Shown here piece by piece: positions 1 to 9,393 of a DNA stretch of 64,000 nucleotides. How positions within the stretch are numbered: the stretch's first letter is position 1; each line of letters begins with the position of its first letter. Made by a program: the position numbers and the translations under genes. Origin of the DNA: Vulcanimicrobiota bacterium (GTDB taxonomy: Bacteria; Vulcanimicrobiota; Vulcanimicrobiia; Vulcanimicrobiales; Vulcanimicrobiaceae); assembly GCA_963695225.1 (NCBI GenBank), contig OY968762.1, positions 2,240,001 through 2,304,000 of the forward strand, in the 5' to 3' direction. The notes beneath the pieces are model-generated. The model had not been told where the DNA came from. It saw only the letters and a list, made by a program, of their open reading frames with translations, and ran no database searches.

Positions 1-161
1 TGGCGCCGCGCCGCGTCGATCTGCGGCCGTTCGCCCTGTACGGCCGGAAGGTCGACGTTCCGCCTGCGGCGCTCACGCGCGTCGCGCTACGCGAGGGTTC
101 GCTCGTCGTGAACTCCTCGCAGGGCGGCGGCAGCAAAGATACTTGGGTCTTGCAGGAGTAG
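1..161 (+). CDS. Circularly permuted type 2 ATP-grasp protein, C-terminal fragment (5' truncated by window)
   Basis: Frame 3 reads [14 protein letters not shown]...[29 protein letters not shown], the characteristic C-terminus of this family; precedes alpha-E and transglutaminase genes. Confidence 0.9.
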   Translation, partial: APRRVDLRPFALYGRKVDVPPAALTRVALREGSLVVNSSQGGGSKDTWVLQE

Positions 162-164
162 CCG

Positions 165-1106
165 GTGCTCAGCCGTGTCGCGGAATCCCTGTTCTGGCTT
201 GGGCGCAACGTCGAGCGCTCCGAGACCGTCGCGCGCATCCTCGACGTCAACCTCAATCGCGCGATGGATTTCTATTCGACGCGGGACGAGCGGGCCGACC
301 GCCTTTGGCGGGTCGTGATGCACTGCGCCGGGTTCGTCCCGAACGCGGAATTGCCGGAAGGCATGCTGGCCGCGAACGACGTGCTCGAGTACTGCTGCTT
401 CAACCTGAAGAACCCAAGCTCGATCCGCTCCTCGATTCGGGTCGCGCGCTCGAACGCGCTCGCGATCCGCTCGGAGCTGACGGTCGAGGTTTGGGAGACG
501 ATCAACGTGCTGTTCCTCTTCGTCGAGGGGCAGACGATGGAGTCGATATCCCGTGACGGACCCTCGCGTTTCCTGCGGCACGTCCGCGACACGGCACAGG
601 CGTTCGCAGGCGTTTCCTCGGGGACGCTCACGCACGGCGACCGTTGGCACTTCCTGGTCGCCGGCCGGTTCCTGGAGCGCGCGTACATGACGTCGCGAAT
701 GATCGCGGCGATCGATCCGCAACACGAGCCGTGGCCGGAGTTGCAGCGCCTGCTCGAGATGTGCTGCGCCTCGGAACCGTTCGCTCAATTCTCGAGCCAC
801 GATCCCGCGATCGCCGACGTGATGCAGTTCCTGCTGCTCGCGCCGGATTTCCCGCGTTCGCTGCGCTACTGCGTGCGAGAGGTCGACGACGTGCTGCACC
901 GCATTTCCGAGACGCCGATCGGGACGTTCTCGAACGGCGCGGAGCAGGATTTCGGGCGGATGCGCGCCCTCTTCGATTTCACGCCGGTCGACGAAGTTCT
1001 CGAAGGCGGGATCGCGGGCTTCGCCGAGCAGATCGTCGAGCGCTTGCAACGCCTCACGAGCGCGATCGAGCGCGCGTACTTCCCGCGTCTCTTGGTGGCC
1101 CCGTAA
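165..1106 (+). CDS. Alpha-E domain protein (DUF403)
   Basis: MLSRVAESLFWLGRNVER start, second GRFLER motif, FPRSL motif; operon context. Confidence 0.92.
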   Translation: MLSRVAESLFWLGRNVERSETVARILDVNLNRAMDFYSTRDERADRLWRVVMHCAGFVPNAELPEGMLAANDVLEYCCFNLKNPSSIRSSIRVARSNALAIRSELTVEVWETINVLFLFVEGQTMESISRDGPSRFLRHVRDTAQAFAGVSSGTLTHGDRWHFLVAGRFLERAYMTSRMIAAIDPQHEPWPELQRLLEMCCASEPFAQFSSHDPAIADVMQFLLLAPDFPRSLRYCVREVDDVLHRISETPIGTFSNGAEQDFGRMRALFDFTPVDEVLEGGIAGFAEQIVERLQRLTSAIERAYFPRLLVAP

Positions 1107-1954
1107 TGGAATACACGATCGTCCACGACACGACGTATTATTACGAAGCGGCGGTCCACGAAAGCTACACCGTCGTGCATTTGCAGCCGACGAGCGACGC
1201 GCACCAATTCTGCACGCGCTTCGATCTCTCGGTCTCGCCGGAGGCCCGCGTTCAGACGTACATCGATCGCTTCGCGAACAACGTGCATCACTTCGCGATC
1301 CTCCCCGCGCACCAGTCGCTCTCGATCCGCGCGCGCTCGGTCGTGACCACGCTGCGCGGCTCGGAGCCGACGCTTCCCGTCGATGCGACCCGCGCGCGGC
1401 TCGCGGAAGACGCGCACGTCGCGCGCCTCTACGACTTCCTGCACGAGACGGAGTTCGTCCAGTTCGGTCCCGAAGTCGACGCGTTCTACGCCGAGATCGG
1501 CGCGGCGCCCGAGGCGATCGGGCCGTGGTGCTTCGAGGTCTGCCACGCGATCAACAAGGGCTTCCGGTACGATACCGCCGCGACGAGCGTGCAGACGAAG
1601 GTCGCCGAAGTGCTCGGGCACCGTTCCGGCGTCTGCCAGGATTTCGCGCACGTCATGATCGCGGTGCTGCGCCGGGCGGGGATCCCGACGAGGTACGTCA
1701 GCGGCTACATCTTCGTCGGTGAGACGCCCGTCCTGGGTGCCGAGGCCTCCCACGCTTGGTGCGAGGCGTACCTGCCCCCGTACGGATGGGTCGGTTTCGA
1801 CCCGACGAACGATCGCTTGATCGACGAGAGCTTCGTGAAGATCGGGATCGGCCGGGATTACCGCGACGTCTGCCCCGTCCGCGGGGTTTACAAGGGCTCG
1901 ACGGTCGGGGCGATGTCCGTGAACGTCGCCATGGACGAACTGCCGAATCAATAA
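1106..1954 (+). CDS. Transglutaminase-like protein
   Basis: TAATG overlap with previous gene; MEYTIVHDTTYYY N-domain, GVCQDFAH, SHAWCEAY, GWVGFDPTN, GRDYRDV motifs. Confidence 0.93.
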   Translation: MEYTIVHDTTYYYEAAVHESYTVVHLQPTSDAHQFCTRFDLSVSPEARVQTYIDRFANNVHHFAILPAHQSLSIRARSVVTTLRGSEPTLPVDATRARLAEDAHVARLYDFLHETEFVQFGPEVDAFYAEIGAAPEAIGPWCFEVCHAINKGFRYDTAATSVQTKVAEVLGHRSGVCQDFAHVMIAVLRRAGIPTRYVSGYIFVGETPVLGAEASHAWCEAYLPPYGWVGFDPTNDRLIDESFVKIGIGRDYRDVCPVRGVYKGSTVGAMSVNVAMDELPNQ

Positions 1955-1979
1955 GGGCGCCCAGGGGCAACCGGGCGCT

Positions 1980-2006
1980 CTAGCAGTGTGTTACGATGAG
2001 TGCCAA
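1980..2006 (+). promoter_or_regulatory. CIRCE-like HrcA operator overlapping an extended -10 (TGnTACGAT)
   Basis: CTAGCAGTG-N9-GAGTGCCAA versus consensus TTAGCACTC-N9-GAGTGCTAA; directly upstream of hsp20-lon. Confidence 0.75.
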
Positions 2007-2033
2007 CATGCCGATTCGAGGGGTGCGCCAGCC

Positions 2034-2462
2034 GTGAGCGACGATCTTTTCACGGAGTACGACGCCATGTTCGTCGATCTCGCCAGGCGGGCGCGGAGCG
2101 GCCGCTTCGAGCCGAACTGCGACGTGCACCTCAGCGACGACCGGGCGACGTTGATCGTTACTTTGGAAATCGCCGGCGCCGACCTCGCCGAGTTGCGCAT
2201 CGACGTCGAGGAACGCCACCTCTGCATCGCCGGGCGCCGGAAGGATCGCCAGCGCGGCGCCCGCGGCTCGGTCCTGCTGAAGGAAATCGAGTACGGCGAG
2301 TTCGTCAAGAAGATCCGCCTTCCGATCGCCGTCGATTACGACGCTGCAACCGCGAACTATCGCGACGGTATACTCTCCATCCACCTCCCCGTCTCCCCCA
2401 ACGCTTACCCTCCCAAGCACCGTACCGAGATCCGGATGACGGTCAAAAGGATCCTCACATAA
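2034..2462 (+). CDS. Hsp20/alpha-crystallin small heat-shock protein
   Basis: EIEYGEFVKKIRLP...ANYRDGILSIHLP motifs; GTG start chosen after GAGGGG. Confidence 0.9.
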   Translation: MSDDLFTEYDAMFVDLARRARSGRFEPNCDVHLSDDRATLIVTLEIAGADLAELRIDVEERHLCIAGRRKDRQRGARGSVLLKEIEYGEFVKKIRLPIAVDYDAATANYRDGILSIHLPVSPNAYPPKHRTEIRMTVKRILT

Positions 2463-4927
2463 TGGCTCGAGCCCCCGTCAAAGCGCTGCCGCATCAAGAT
2501 ATCCTCGGCATCTTGCCGCTCCAGGACGCCGTGTTGTTCCCCAACACCGTCATTCCGCTTGCGGTCGTCAAGAAGCCCGGCATCGCGCTCGTCGAGGAGG
2601 CGCTCCGCGACGGGAAGCAGATCGGCCTCGTGGCCCTTCGGGATAAGGATGTCGAGGATCCGGGCGCGGACGACCTGCGCCGCGTCGGCACGATCGGGAC
2701 GATCCAGAAGATGCTCAAGGTCCCCGACGGGACGTTGCGCTGCATCGTCGCGGGCTCCGAAGTCTTCCGCCTCGACGAATTCACCCAGACGACGCCGTAT
2801 TTCGCCGCGACCTACACCGAACTGCCCGACATCACGCGGGAATCGGCCGACCTGACCGCGATGCACCGCAACCTCGCCGGGCTCTTCTCCAAACTGCTCG
2901 GCTACCTGCCGCAAGCGCCGCGCGAGATGGAGATGGAAGTCAACAACATCAACGACTCCAATCTCCTCACGTACTTCATCGCCTCCACGATGCGGTTGGA
3001 GACTGCGGACCGTCAAGCGATCCTCGAGGAGCGGAACACCGAAAAGCGGATGCGCAAGCTGACGGTCCTGCTGACGAAGGAGCTCGAGGTCGTCGAGCTG
3101 GGGCACAAGATCCAGGGCGACATCCAGCGCGAGATGGAGAAGAACCAGCGCGAGTTCTACCTGCGCCAGCAATTGCGGGCGATCCAGGAAGAGCTCGGCG
3201 AGAGCGATCCGCAGCAAGCCGAGACGAACGAACTGCGCAAGAAGATCGAAGAAGCGAAGATGCCGGAGGACGTGCGCAAGGCCGCCGACAGGGAGCTCGA
3301 CCGGCTCTCGAAGGTCCCGACCGCGAGCCCCGAGTACGGCGTGATCCGCACGTACGTCGATTGGCTCGTGCAACTCCCCTGGAGCAAAGAGACGGCCGAT
3401 GCGATCGACATCGCGCGGGCGCGAGAGGTCCTCGACGAAGATCACTACGATCTCGAAAAAGTCAAGGATCGCATCATCGAGTATCTCGCCGTCGGGAAGC
3501 TCAAGAAGAAATTGACGGGGCCGATCCTCTGCTTCGTCGGGCCGCCCGGCGTCGGGAAGACCTCCCTCGGACAGTCCATCGCGCGCGCGATGGGCCGCAA
3601 GTTCGTGCGCCTGTCGGTCGGCGGCGTCCGCGACGAGGCTGAAATCCGCGGGCACCGGCGCACGTACATCGGCGCCATGCCGGGGACGATCATCCGCGCT
3701 CTGCGCGACGCAGGAACGAGGAACCCCGTGATGATGATCGACGAGATCGACAAGGTCGGCAGCGACTTCCGCGGCGACCCGCAATCGGCGCTCCTCGAAG
3801 TCCTCGATCCGGCGCAGAACAACACGTTCCGCGACCACTACCTCGACCTGCCCTTCGATCTCTCTCAAGTGCTGTTCGTCTGCACGGCGAACGACCTTTC
3901 GACGATCAGCCCGCCGTTGCGCGACCGCATGGAGATCATCTCGCTCTCCGGGTACACCGAGCTCGAGAAACTGCAGATCGCCAAACGATACCTACTCAAG
4001 AAACAGCGCCAGGCGAACGGGCTCAAGGATTCGCAGGCGCAGATCAGCGATGCCGCGGTGCGCACGATCATCACCGACTACACGCGCGAAGCCGGCGTAC
4101 GCAACCTGGAACGCGAGATCGGCACGATCTTTCGCAAGGTCGCGCGCCGGATCGCCGAGGAGCCTCGATATAGAGCGCGCGTCAAGCCGGAGACCGTGAA
4201 CGAGTACCTCTCGCGGCCGCGCTTCTTCAACGAAGTCAAGAAGCGCACGGCCTCGGTCGGCGTCGCGACGGGGATGTTCTGGACGCCGGTCGGCGGAGAC
4301 ATCCTGTTCATCGAAACCTCGGCGATGCCGGGGAATGGAAAGCTCGTGCTCACGGGCCAACTCGGCGACGTGATGAAGGAGAGCGCGACCGCGGCCCTTT
4401 CGTTCATCCGCTCGCGCTCGAACGAGCTCGGCTTGCCGGACGACTACTTCGCCAAGCACGATCTGCACATCCATCTCCCGGCCGGCGCGATCCCGAAGGA
4501 CGGGCCTTCCGCCGGGATCGCGCTCGCGACGGCGCTCGTTTCGCTGCTCACGAGCACGAAGGTCGATCACGACGTCGCGATGACGGGCGAGATCACGCTC
4601 ACGGGGCAAGTGCTGCCGATCGGCGGGCTCAAGGAAAAAGTTCTCGGCGCGAAACGAGCGGGCATCAAGAAGATCATCCTGCCGAAACGCAACGAGATCG
4701 ACCTCGACGACATTCCGAAGGAAGTCCGCGACACGATGGAGTTCGTGCCGGTCGAGGAGATCTCCGAAGTGCTCGCGCAGGCGCTCGGCAAGCGGATCAT
4801 CACGCCGGTCGATCTCGGCGGCGAGGACGGCCCGGCGCACGACAACGTCGTCTCGATTCGCCGCCGATCGACGGAGCGCAAGCGCGTCGTGCGGCCGCGC
4901 GCGCCGGTCGCTTCCCGCAAGCGCTAG
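2462..4927 (+). CDS. lon: Lon ATP-dependent protease
   Basis: TAATG coupling to hsp20; Walker [22 protein letters not shown], catalytic PKDGPSAG and GGLKEK. Confidence 0.97.
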   Translation: MARAPVKALPHQDILGILPLQDAVLFPNTVIPLAVVKKPGIALVEEALRDGKQIGLVALRDKDVEDPGADDLRRVGTIGTIQKMLKVPDGTLRCIVAGSEVFRLDEFTQTTPYFAATYTELPDITRESADLTAMHRNLAGLFSKLLGYLPQAPREMEMEVNNINDSNLLTYFIASTMRLETADRQAILEERNTEKRMRKLTVLLTKELEVVELGHKIQGDIQREMEKNQREFYLRQQLRAIQEELGESDPQQAETNELRKKIEEAKMPEDVRKAADRELDRLSKVPTASPEYGVIRTYVDWLVQLPWSKETADAIDIARAREVLDEDHYDLEKVKDRIIEYLAVGKLKKKLTGPILCFVGPPGVGKTSLGQSIARAMGRKFVRLSVGGVRDEAEIRGHRRTYIGAMPGTIIRALRDAGTRNPVMMIDEIDKVGSDFRGDPQSALLEVLDPAQNNTFRDHYLDLPFDLSQVLFVCTANDLSTISPPLRDRMEIISLSGYTELEKLQIAKRYLLKKQRQANGLKDSQAQISDAAVRTIITDYTREAGVRNLEREIGTIFRKVARRIAEEPRYRARVKPETVNEYLSRPRFFNEVKKRTASVGVATGMFWTPVGGDILFIETSAMPGNGKLVLTGQLGDVMKESATAALSFIRSRSNELGLPDDYFAKHDLHIHLPAGAIPKDGPSAGIALATALVSLLTSTKVDHDVAMTGEITLTGQVLPIGGLKEKVLGAKRAGIKKIILPKRNEIDLDDIPKEVRDTMEFVPVEEISEVLAQALGKRIITPVDLGGEDGPAHDNVVSIRRRSTERKRVVRPRAPVASRKR

Positions 4928-4972
4928 GCGCGCACGTTCGCGGCGAGTCGCCGGCGCGAGGCCGGCGCCTCG

Positions 4973-6385
4973 CTAGCGGACGATCGTATTGCGGAATTGC
5001 CAGGGATCGTCGCGATCGATGTCCTCGGGGAAGAGGTCGCCGCGCCCCGTCAGCGGCGTCCAATCGGTGTACGTGCCGACGAGCGTGCCGAGGTACGGCT
5101 CCATGATCCCGAGGATGCGCTCCTCATCGAGATCTTCGGCTTCGACGACGCTGCAGCGGGGATTCTCGATCGCCCATACCATGCCGGCCAGGACGGCGGA
5201 CGTGACTTGCAGGGCCGTCGCGTTCTGATAAGGCGCGAGCCGTCTCGCTTCTTCGATCGGGAGTTGCGAGCCGTACCAATAGGCGTTTTTCGCGTGCCCG
5301 AACACTAGCACGCCGAGTTCGTCGGTCCCCGCTACGATATCGGCGTTGAGCAGATGGGTGCGGGACTGGGGCCGGTAGGCGTTCCCCTGCAGCTCGTGCA
5401 GCGAAAGGATCGCGTCGTCGCACGGGTGATACGCATAGTGACAGGTCGGCCGGTAGACGACTTCGCCGTTTTCACGCGCGGTGAAGTAGTCGGCCAAGCT
5501 GATCGCTTCGTTGTGCGGGATGAGGTAGCCGATCAACGAACCGCTGGGCACCCAGCTGCGCACGCGCGTGCCGGCCCCCGGCCGTGCGAGATAGATTGCC
5601 GCCCCGCTGCCGAAATCGTGCCGGCGCCCCTCCAGGGGGAGCTCTTTCTCATGCGTTCCCCAGCCGAGTTCCGCGGGTTGTAATCCCTCCGCGATGAATC
5701 CTATGACCGACCACGTGTTGATGAACTGGTCCGGTTCCTTGCTCCACTCCGCGCGCTGCGTGTCGCGTTCGGAAATGTGGATGCCCTTGACCCCGAGCGA
5801 GCGTGCAAGGTCGGCCCATTCCTCGCGGGTCGCGGGCCGCTCGGTTCGAACCCCGAGGTCGCGCGCGATGTGCATCAGCGCGCGTTTCACGAAATGGCTC
5901 ACCATTCCGGGATTCGCGCCGTGCGCGATGATCGCAGTAGGATCGACCGCGTCGCGTCGAAGGGCCAGGGCGGATTCTCGCATCGCGTAATTCGAGCGCT
6001 GCGCGATCGAGAGGTGCGGATTCGTGTAGACCCCCGGCCACGGCTCGATGCACGTATCGATATAGAGCGTGCCGAACTCGCGGCACAGCTCGATCAATGC
6101 CAGCGACGAGACTTCTACCGAAACGTTGACGAGGAACCCGCCGGGCCTCAGCAGTGGCGAGAGCTGCTCTCGCAGGGTCTCCGGCGTAAGCGCCGTCTTG
6201 AGAAAACGCACTCCGGCGAATTCGGCGATCGCACGAGCCGAGTCGTCCGGATCGATGATGGTAACGTGCTCGCGAGGCACGTCGATGTGCCGCAGGATGA
6301 GCGGTAAGAGACCTTTTCCGATCGATCCGAATCCGACGAGCACGAGCGGCCCATCGAGCCCAGCGAGGATAGCGGGCTGGTGCAC
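4973..6385 (-). CDS. hss: Homospermidine synthase
   Basis: GPLVLVGFGSIGKG, YIDTCIEPW, HGANPGMVSHFVK, NTWSV, QPAELGWGTHE, YRPTCHYAYHPCDDA, QNATALQV; GTG start approximate. Confidence 0.9.
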   Translation of the reverse strand: MHQPAILAGLDGPLVLVGFGSIGKGLLPLILRHIDVPREHVTIIDPDDSARAIAEFAGVRFLKTALTPETLREQLSPLLRPGGFLVNVSVEVSSLALIELCREFGTLYIDTCIEPWPGVYTNPHLSIAQRSNYAMRESALALRRDAVDPTAIIAHGANPGMVSHFVKRALMHIARDLGVRTERPATREEWADLARSLGVKGIHISERDTQRAEWSKEPDQFINTWSVIGFIAEGLQPAELGWGTHEKELPLEGRRHDFGSGAAIYLARPGAGTRVRSWVPSGSLIGYLIPHNEAISLADYFTARENGEVVYRPTCHYAYHPCDDAILSLHELQGNAYRPQSRTHLLNADIVAGTDELGVLVFGHAKNAYWYGSQLPIEEARRLAPYQNATALQVTSAVLAGMVWAIENPRCSVVEAEDLDEERILGIMEPYLGTLVGTYTDWTPLTGRGDLFPEDIDRDDPWQFRNTIVR

Positions 6386-6554
6386 GCTGCATCTTGTACT
6401 CTGGATCGCCGGACGAACCTGCCGGGCGCGCGGGGCCCGGATGGACGTAGTCTCGCGCCGTGAGGCCGCGACCGAGGCGGTTGCCTTGCATGCACGCTGC
6501 GGCCGGCGCGCGGGTGGGAAAGGCATTGCCTCGTAGCGTGCCGCAGTTCTCACG

Positions 6555-7484
6555 GTGCCACGCTGGTTGACGGCCGCCGCGATTCTCGCGGCCGTTTATC
6601 TTTTCTGGGGTGCGACAGCCCCCGCAATGCGCTTGCTCGTACAGACGCTTCCTCCGTGGACGGTCGCGGCGCTGCGCTTCTTTTGCGCGGGCGCGATCCT
6701 GTGGGTCTACGCGCGCTTTCGCGGAGCTCCGATGCCGTCGCGGCACGACTGGACGGGTGCGCTCGTGACGGGAACGCTGCAGTTTCCGGCCGGGAACGCG
6801 ATCTTCATGTGGTGCCTGCAGTACATCCCGGCGGGCGTCGGCGCGCTGTTCTTCTCGCTCTCGCCGTTGTGGATGGTGCTGCTCGATTTCTTCATCTCCG
6901 GGCGGAAGTTGGCCCGGCAGGCGGTCGTCGGGCTCGTGCTCGGCTTCGCGGGGATGTTCGTCCTCGTTTGGCCGTGGGGAGCGCTCGGCACGATGCATTG
7001 GCCGCTCGTCCCGACGCTGCTCGGGATTTGGTCGTCGTTCGCCTGGGCGGCCGGCTCCGTCGCGCAGCGGCGTTTCGGCGGAAGCGATCTCGTGCAGGCG
7101 AGCGCGATGCAGATGCTGATCGCATCGGTCATCGTCGAGGGGATGGCGCTCGCGGCCGGGGAACGCCCGTCGCTCGCCGCCGCGGTCTCGCCCGCTAATC
7201 TCGCGGCGTTCGGATTCCTCGTCGTCCTCGGGAGCGTCGTCGGCTACAGTTGCTTCCTGTGGGTGATGCGGCATCTCCCGGTCGCGATCGCGTCGACCTA
7301 CTCGTACGTGAACCCGGTCGTCGCGATCCTCATCGGCGTCGCGGTGCTGCACGAAGCGTTGACGCTGCGGATCGTCCTCGCCGCGGGCGTGATCCTCGCG
7401 GGCGTCGCACTGATGATCTCGGCTCCCCCGCGATCCGGCGCGGGCTCGGTCTTGCGCAGCGTGACGCCGCTCGCCGAGGCCTGA
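6555..7484 (+). CDS. EamA/DMT family transporter (YedA-like)
   Basis: About 10 hydrophobic segments, VYLFWG, STYSYVNPVVAILIG. Confidence 0.9.
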   Translation: MPRWLTAAAILAAVYLFWGATAPAMRLLVQTLPPWTVAALRFFCAGAILWVYARFRGAPMPSRHDWTGALVTGTLQFPAGNAIFMWCLQYIPAGVGALFFSLSPLWMVLLDFFISGRKLARQAVVGLVLGFAGMFVLVWPWGALGTMHWPLVPTLLGIWSSFAWAAGSVAQRRFGGSDLVQASAMQMLIASVIVEGMALAAGERPSLAAAVSPANLAAFGFLVVLGSVVGYSCFLWVMRHLPVAIASTYSYVNPVVAILIGVAVLHEALTLRIVLAAGVILAGVALMISAPPRSGAGSVLRSVTPLAEA

Positions 7485-7569
7485 CCGCCGCAGGCCCCTG
7501 CCGGCCGGGGGACTCCCGGCCGCCGGTCTTTAACTCGGAATGCATACCCCGAATCCCAGCGGAGAGAGC

Positions 7570-8745
7570 ATGCCCAAGCAGACCCTGTTCATCCCCGGCC
7601 CCGTCACCTGCGCCCCCGAGGTCCTCGCCGCGATGGCGCGGCCGACGATCAATCATCGCGGCCCCGAGTTCAAGGCGCTCCTCGAGCGGCTCGAGGCCGG
7701 AATGAAGCCGATCTTCGGGACCTCGGGCGACGTCGTGTTCCTGGGAAGCTCGGGGACCGGCGGCCTGGAAGCCGCGGTCGCGAACGCGTTCTCCCCGGGG
7801 CAGAAGGTGCTCTCGTGTCCCGTCGGCGTCTTCGGCAAGCGCCTCGCGAACATCGCGAAGACCTACGGCCTCGAGGTCGAGATTCTCGATACGCCGCTTG
7901 GTTCTGCGCTCGATCCCGCGGCGCTCGCGGCGCGCCTGCGTAACGATCCGCAGCACGAAATCGCGGGGATCCTGCTCACGCACAACGAGACCTCGACGGG
8001 CGTGCAGAACGACATGCGCTCGATCGCCGCGGCGATCTTCGACCACCCGGCGACGATCGTCGTCGACTCGGTGAGCGGCCTCGGCGCCTCGGAGTTCAAG
8101 ATGGACGAGTGGGGCTTCGACGTCGTCGTCACCGCCTCACAGAAGGCGCTCTCCGTCCCGCCGGGCATCGCGATGGTCGCCGTCAGCCCGCGCGGTTGGG
8201 AGCGGATCGCGAACGCGAAGGCGCCGCGCTTCTACTTCGATCTCCAGAAGGGGCGCGAATTCGCGAAATCCGGCGAGACGCCATGGACCCCGCCGCTCTC
8301 CGTGCTCTTCGCGCTCGACGTCGCGCTCGAGCGCTATCACGCCGAAGGTGCGGCGAACGTCTACGCGCGGCACGAGCGCAACGCCCAAGCGATTCGCGCC
8401 GCCGCCGAAGCGCTCGGTCTCACGGTCTTCTCGCAGCCGAACGCGCACTCGGTGACGGTCGTCGCGATGAACGTCCCCGCCGGCATCGACCAGCCCGCAG
8501 TCGGAAAGACGCTGCGCGAGAAGTACGGCATCGTGATCGGCGGCGGGCAGCAGGAGCTCAAGGGCAAGATCTTCCGCATCGGCACGATGGGCGACATCAC
8601 GCAGGCCGACGTCATCGGCGCGCTCGCCGCATTCGAACTCTCGCTCCGCGAGCACGGTTACGAGGCGCCGGCCGGGTCTGCCGCTTCGGCTGCGCTGCAA
8701 GTGTTCGCCTCCGGGAACGCGCGGGAGCCGATTCTCGCGGGATGA
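7570..8745 (+). CDS. Class V PLP aminotransferase (serine/alanine-glyoxylate or serine-pyruvate type)
   Basis: LFIPGP, HRGPEF, SSGTGGLE, THNETSTG, VDSVS, ASQKAL (PLP Lys), FRIGTMG. Confidence 0.92.
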   Translation: MPKQTLFIPGPVTCAPEVLAAMARPTINHRGPEFKALLERLEAGMKPIFGTSGDVVFLGSSGTGGLEAAVANAFSPGQKVLSCPVGVFGKRLANIAKTYGLEVEILDTPLGSALDPAALAARLRNDPQHEIAGILLTHNETSTGVQNDMRSIAAAIFDHPATIVVDSVSGLGASEFKMDEWGFDVVVTASQKALSVPPGIAMVAVSPRGWERIANAKAPRFYFDLQKGREFAKSGETPWTPPLSVLFALDVALERYHAEGAANVYARHERNAQAIRAAAEALGLTVFSQPNAHSVTVVAMNVPAGIDQPAVGKTLREKYGIVIGGGQQELKGKIFRIGTMGDITQADVIGALAAFELSLREHGYEAPAGSAASAALQVFASGNAREPILAG

Positions 8746-8850
8746 TGCAGCCCTTCGCACGCGGCGTCCCACCCACCGCCGCCTGGTCGCTGCTCGGGCT
8801 GCGCGTTCTATCGGCGCCACCACCGCCCGCCGCCGCTAGCCGTCAGCCGC

Positions 8851-9393
8851 TCAGACTTTGTGCTTGTCGAATGCGCCCTTGGTGAAGGGGCGTTGGAACC
8901 AGGGGAACGAGTTCTTTATTGCGCCGTCGAGCTGTTCGTTTGGTTGCGTGATCGCTGCTGCGAGTGCGGAGCGGTGCAGGTCGGCGCGGAAATCGCGGCT
9001 GAGCGGAAACCAGAGCGCGACGTAGAGCACGACCCAGACGAAGACGAGCGATTTTCCGAGGCCGACGACGGCTCCGAGCGCGCCGTTCACCGTGCCGAGG
9101 ACGGGGAGCTTCGCGGCGCGTTCGAGCACGAAGCCGATCGCGAACACGCAGATGTACGCGATCGCGCCGGCGAGCAGGAGGGCGACGATGTGCGAGGAGC
9201 CGTTGCCGAGGTGCGTGACGCTCTCGACTTGCGCGTCCCAGATGCCGGGGTAGTAGAATGCCGCGAGGAGTGCGGCGAAGAGCGCGACCGCGCCCGTCAA
9301 CTCGGAGATGAAGCCGCGGCGCCAGCCGGTGAATGCAGAGAAGGCGAGGATCGTCCCGATCGCGAGATCGGGCCACGCGATGCCGAAGATCAT
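8851..9393 (-). CDS. CvpA (colicin V production) family membrane protein
   Basis: ATGA overlap with pheT stop; DLAIG...GWRRGFISEL...GALGAVVGLGK pattern. Confidence 0.8.
   Translation of the reverse strand: MIFGIAWPDLAIGTILAFSAFTGWRRGFISELTGAVALFAALLAAFYYPGIWDAQVESVTHLGNGSSHIVALLLAGAIAYICVFAIGFVLERAAKLPVLGTVNGALGAVVGLGKSLVFVWVVLYVALWFPLSRDFRADLHRSALAAAITQPNEQLDGAIKNSFPWFQRPFTKGAFDKHKV

Noticed and set aside
6386..6554. Riboswitch upstream of hss
   Set aside because: No recognisable aptamer motif or terminator
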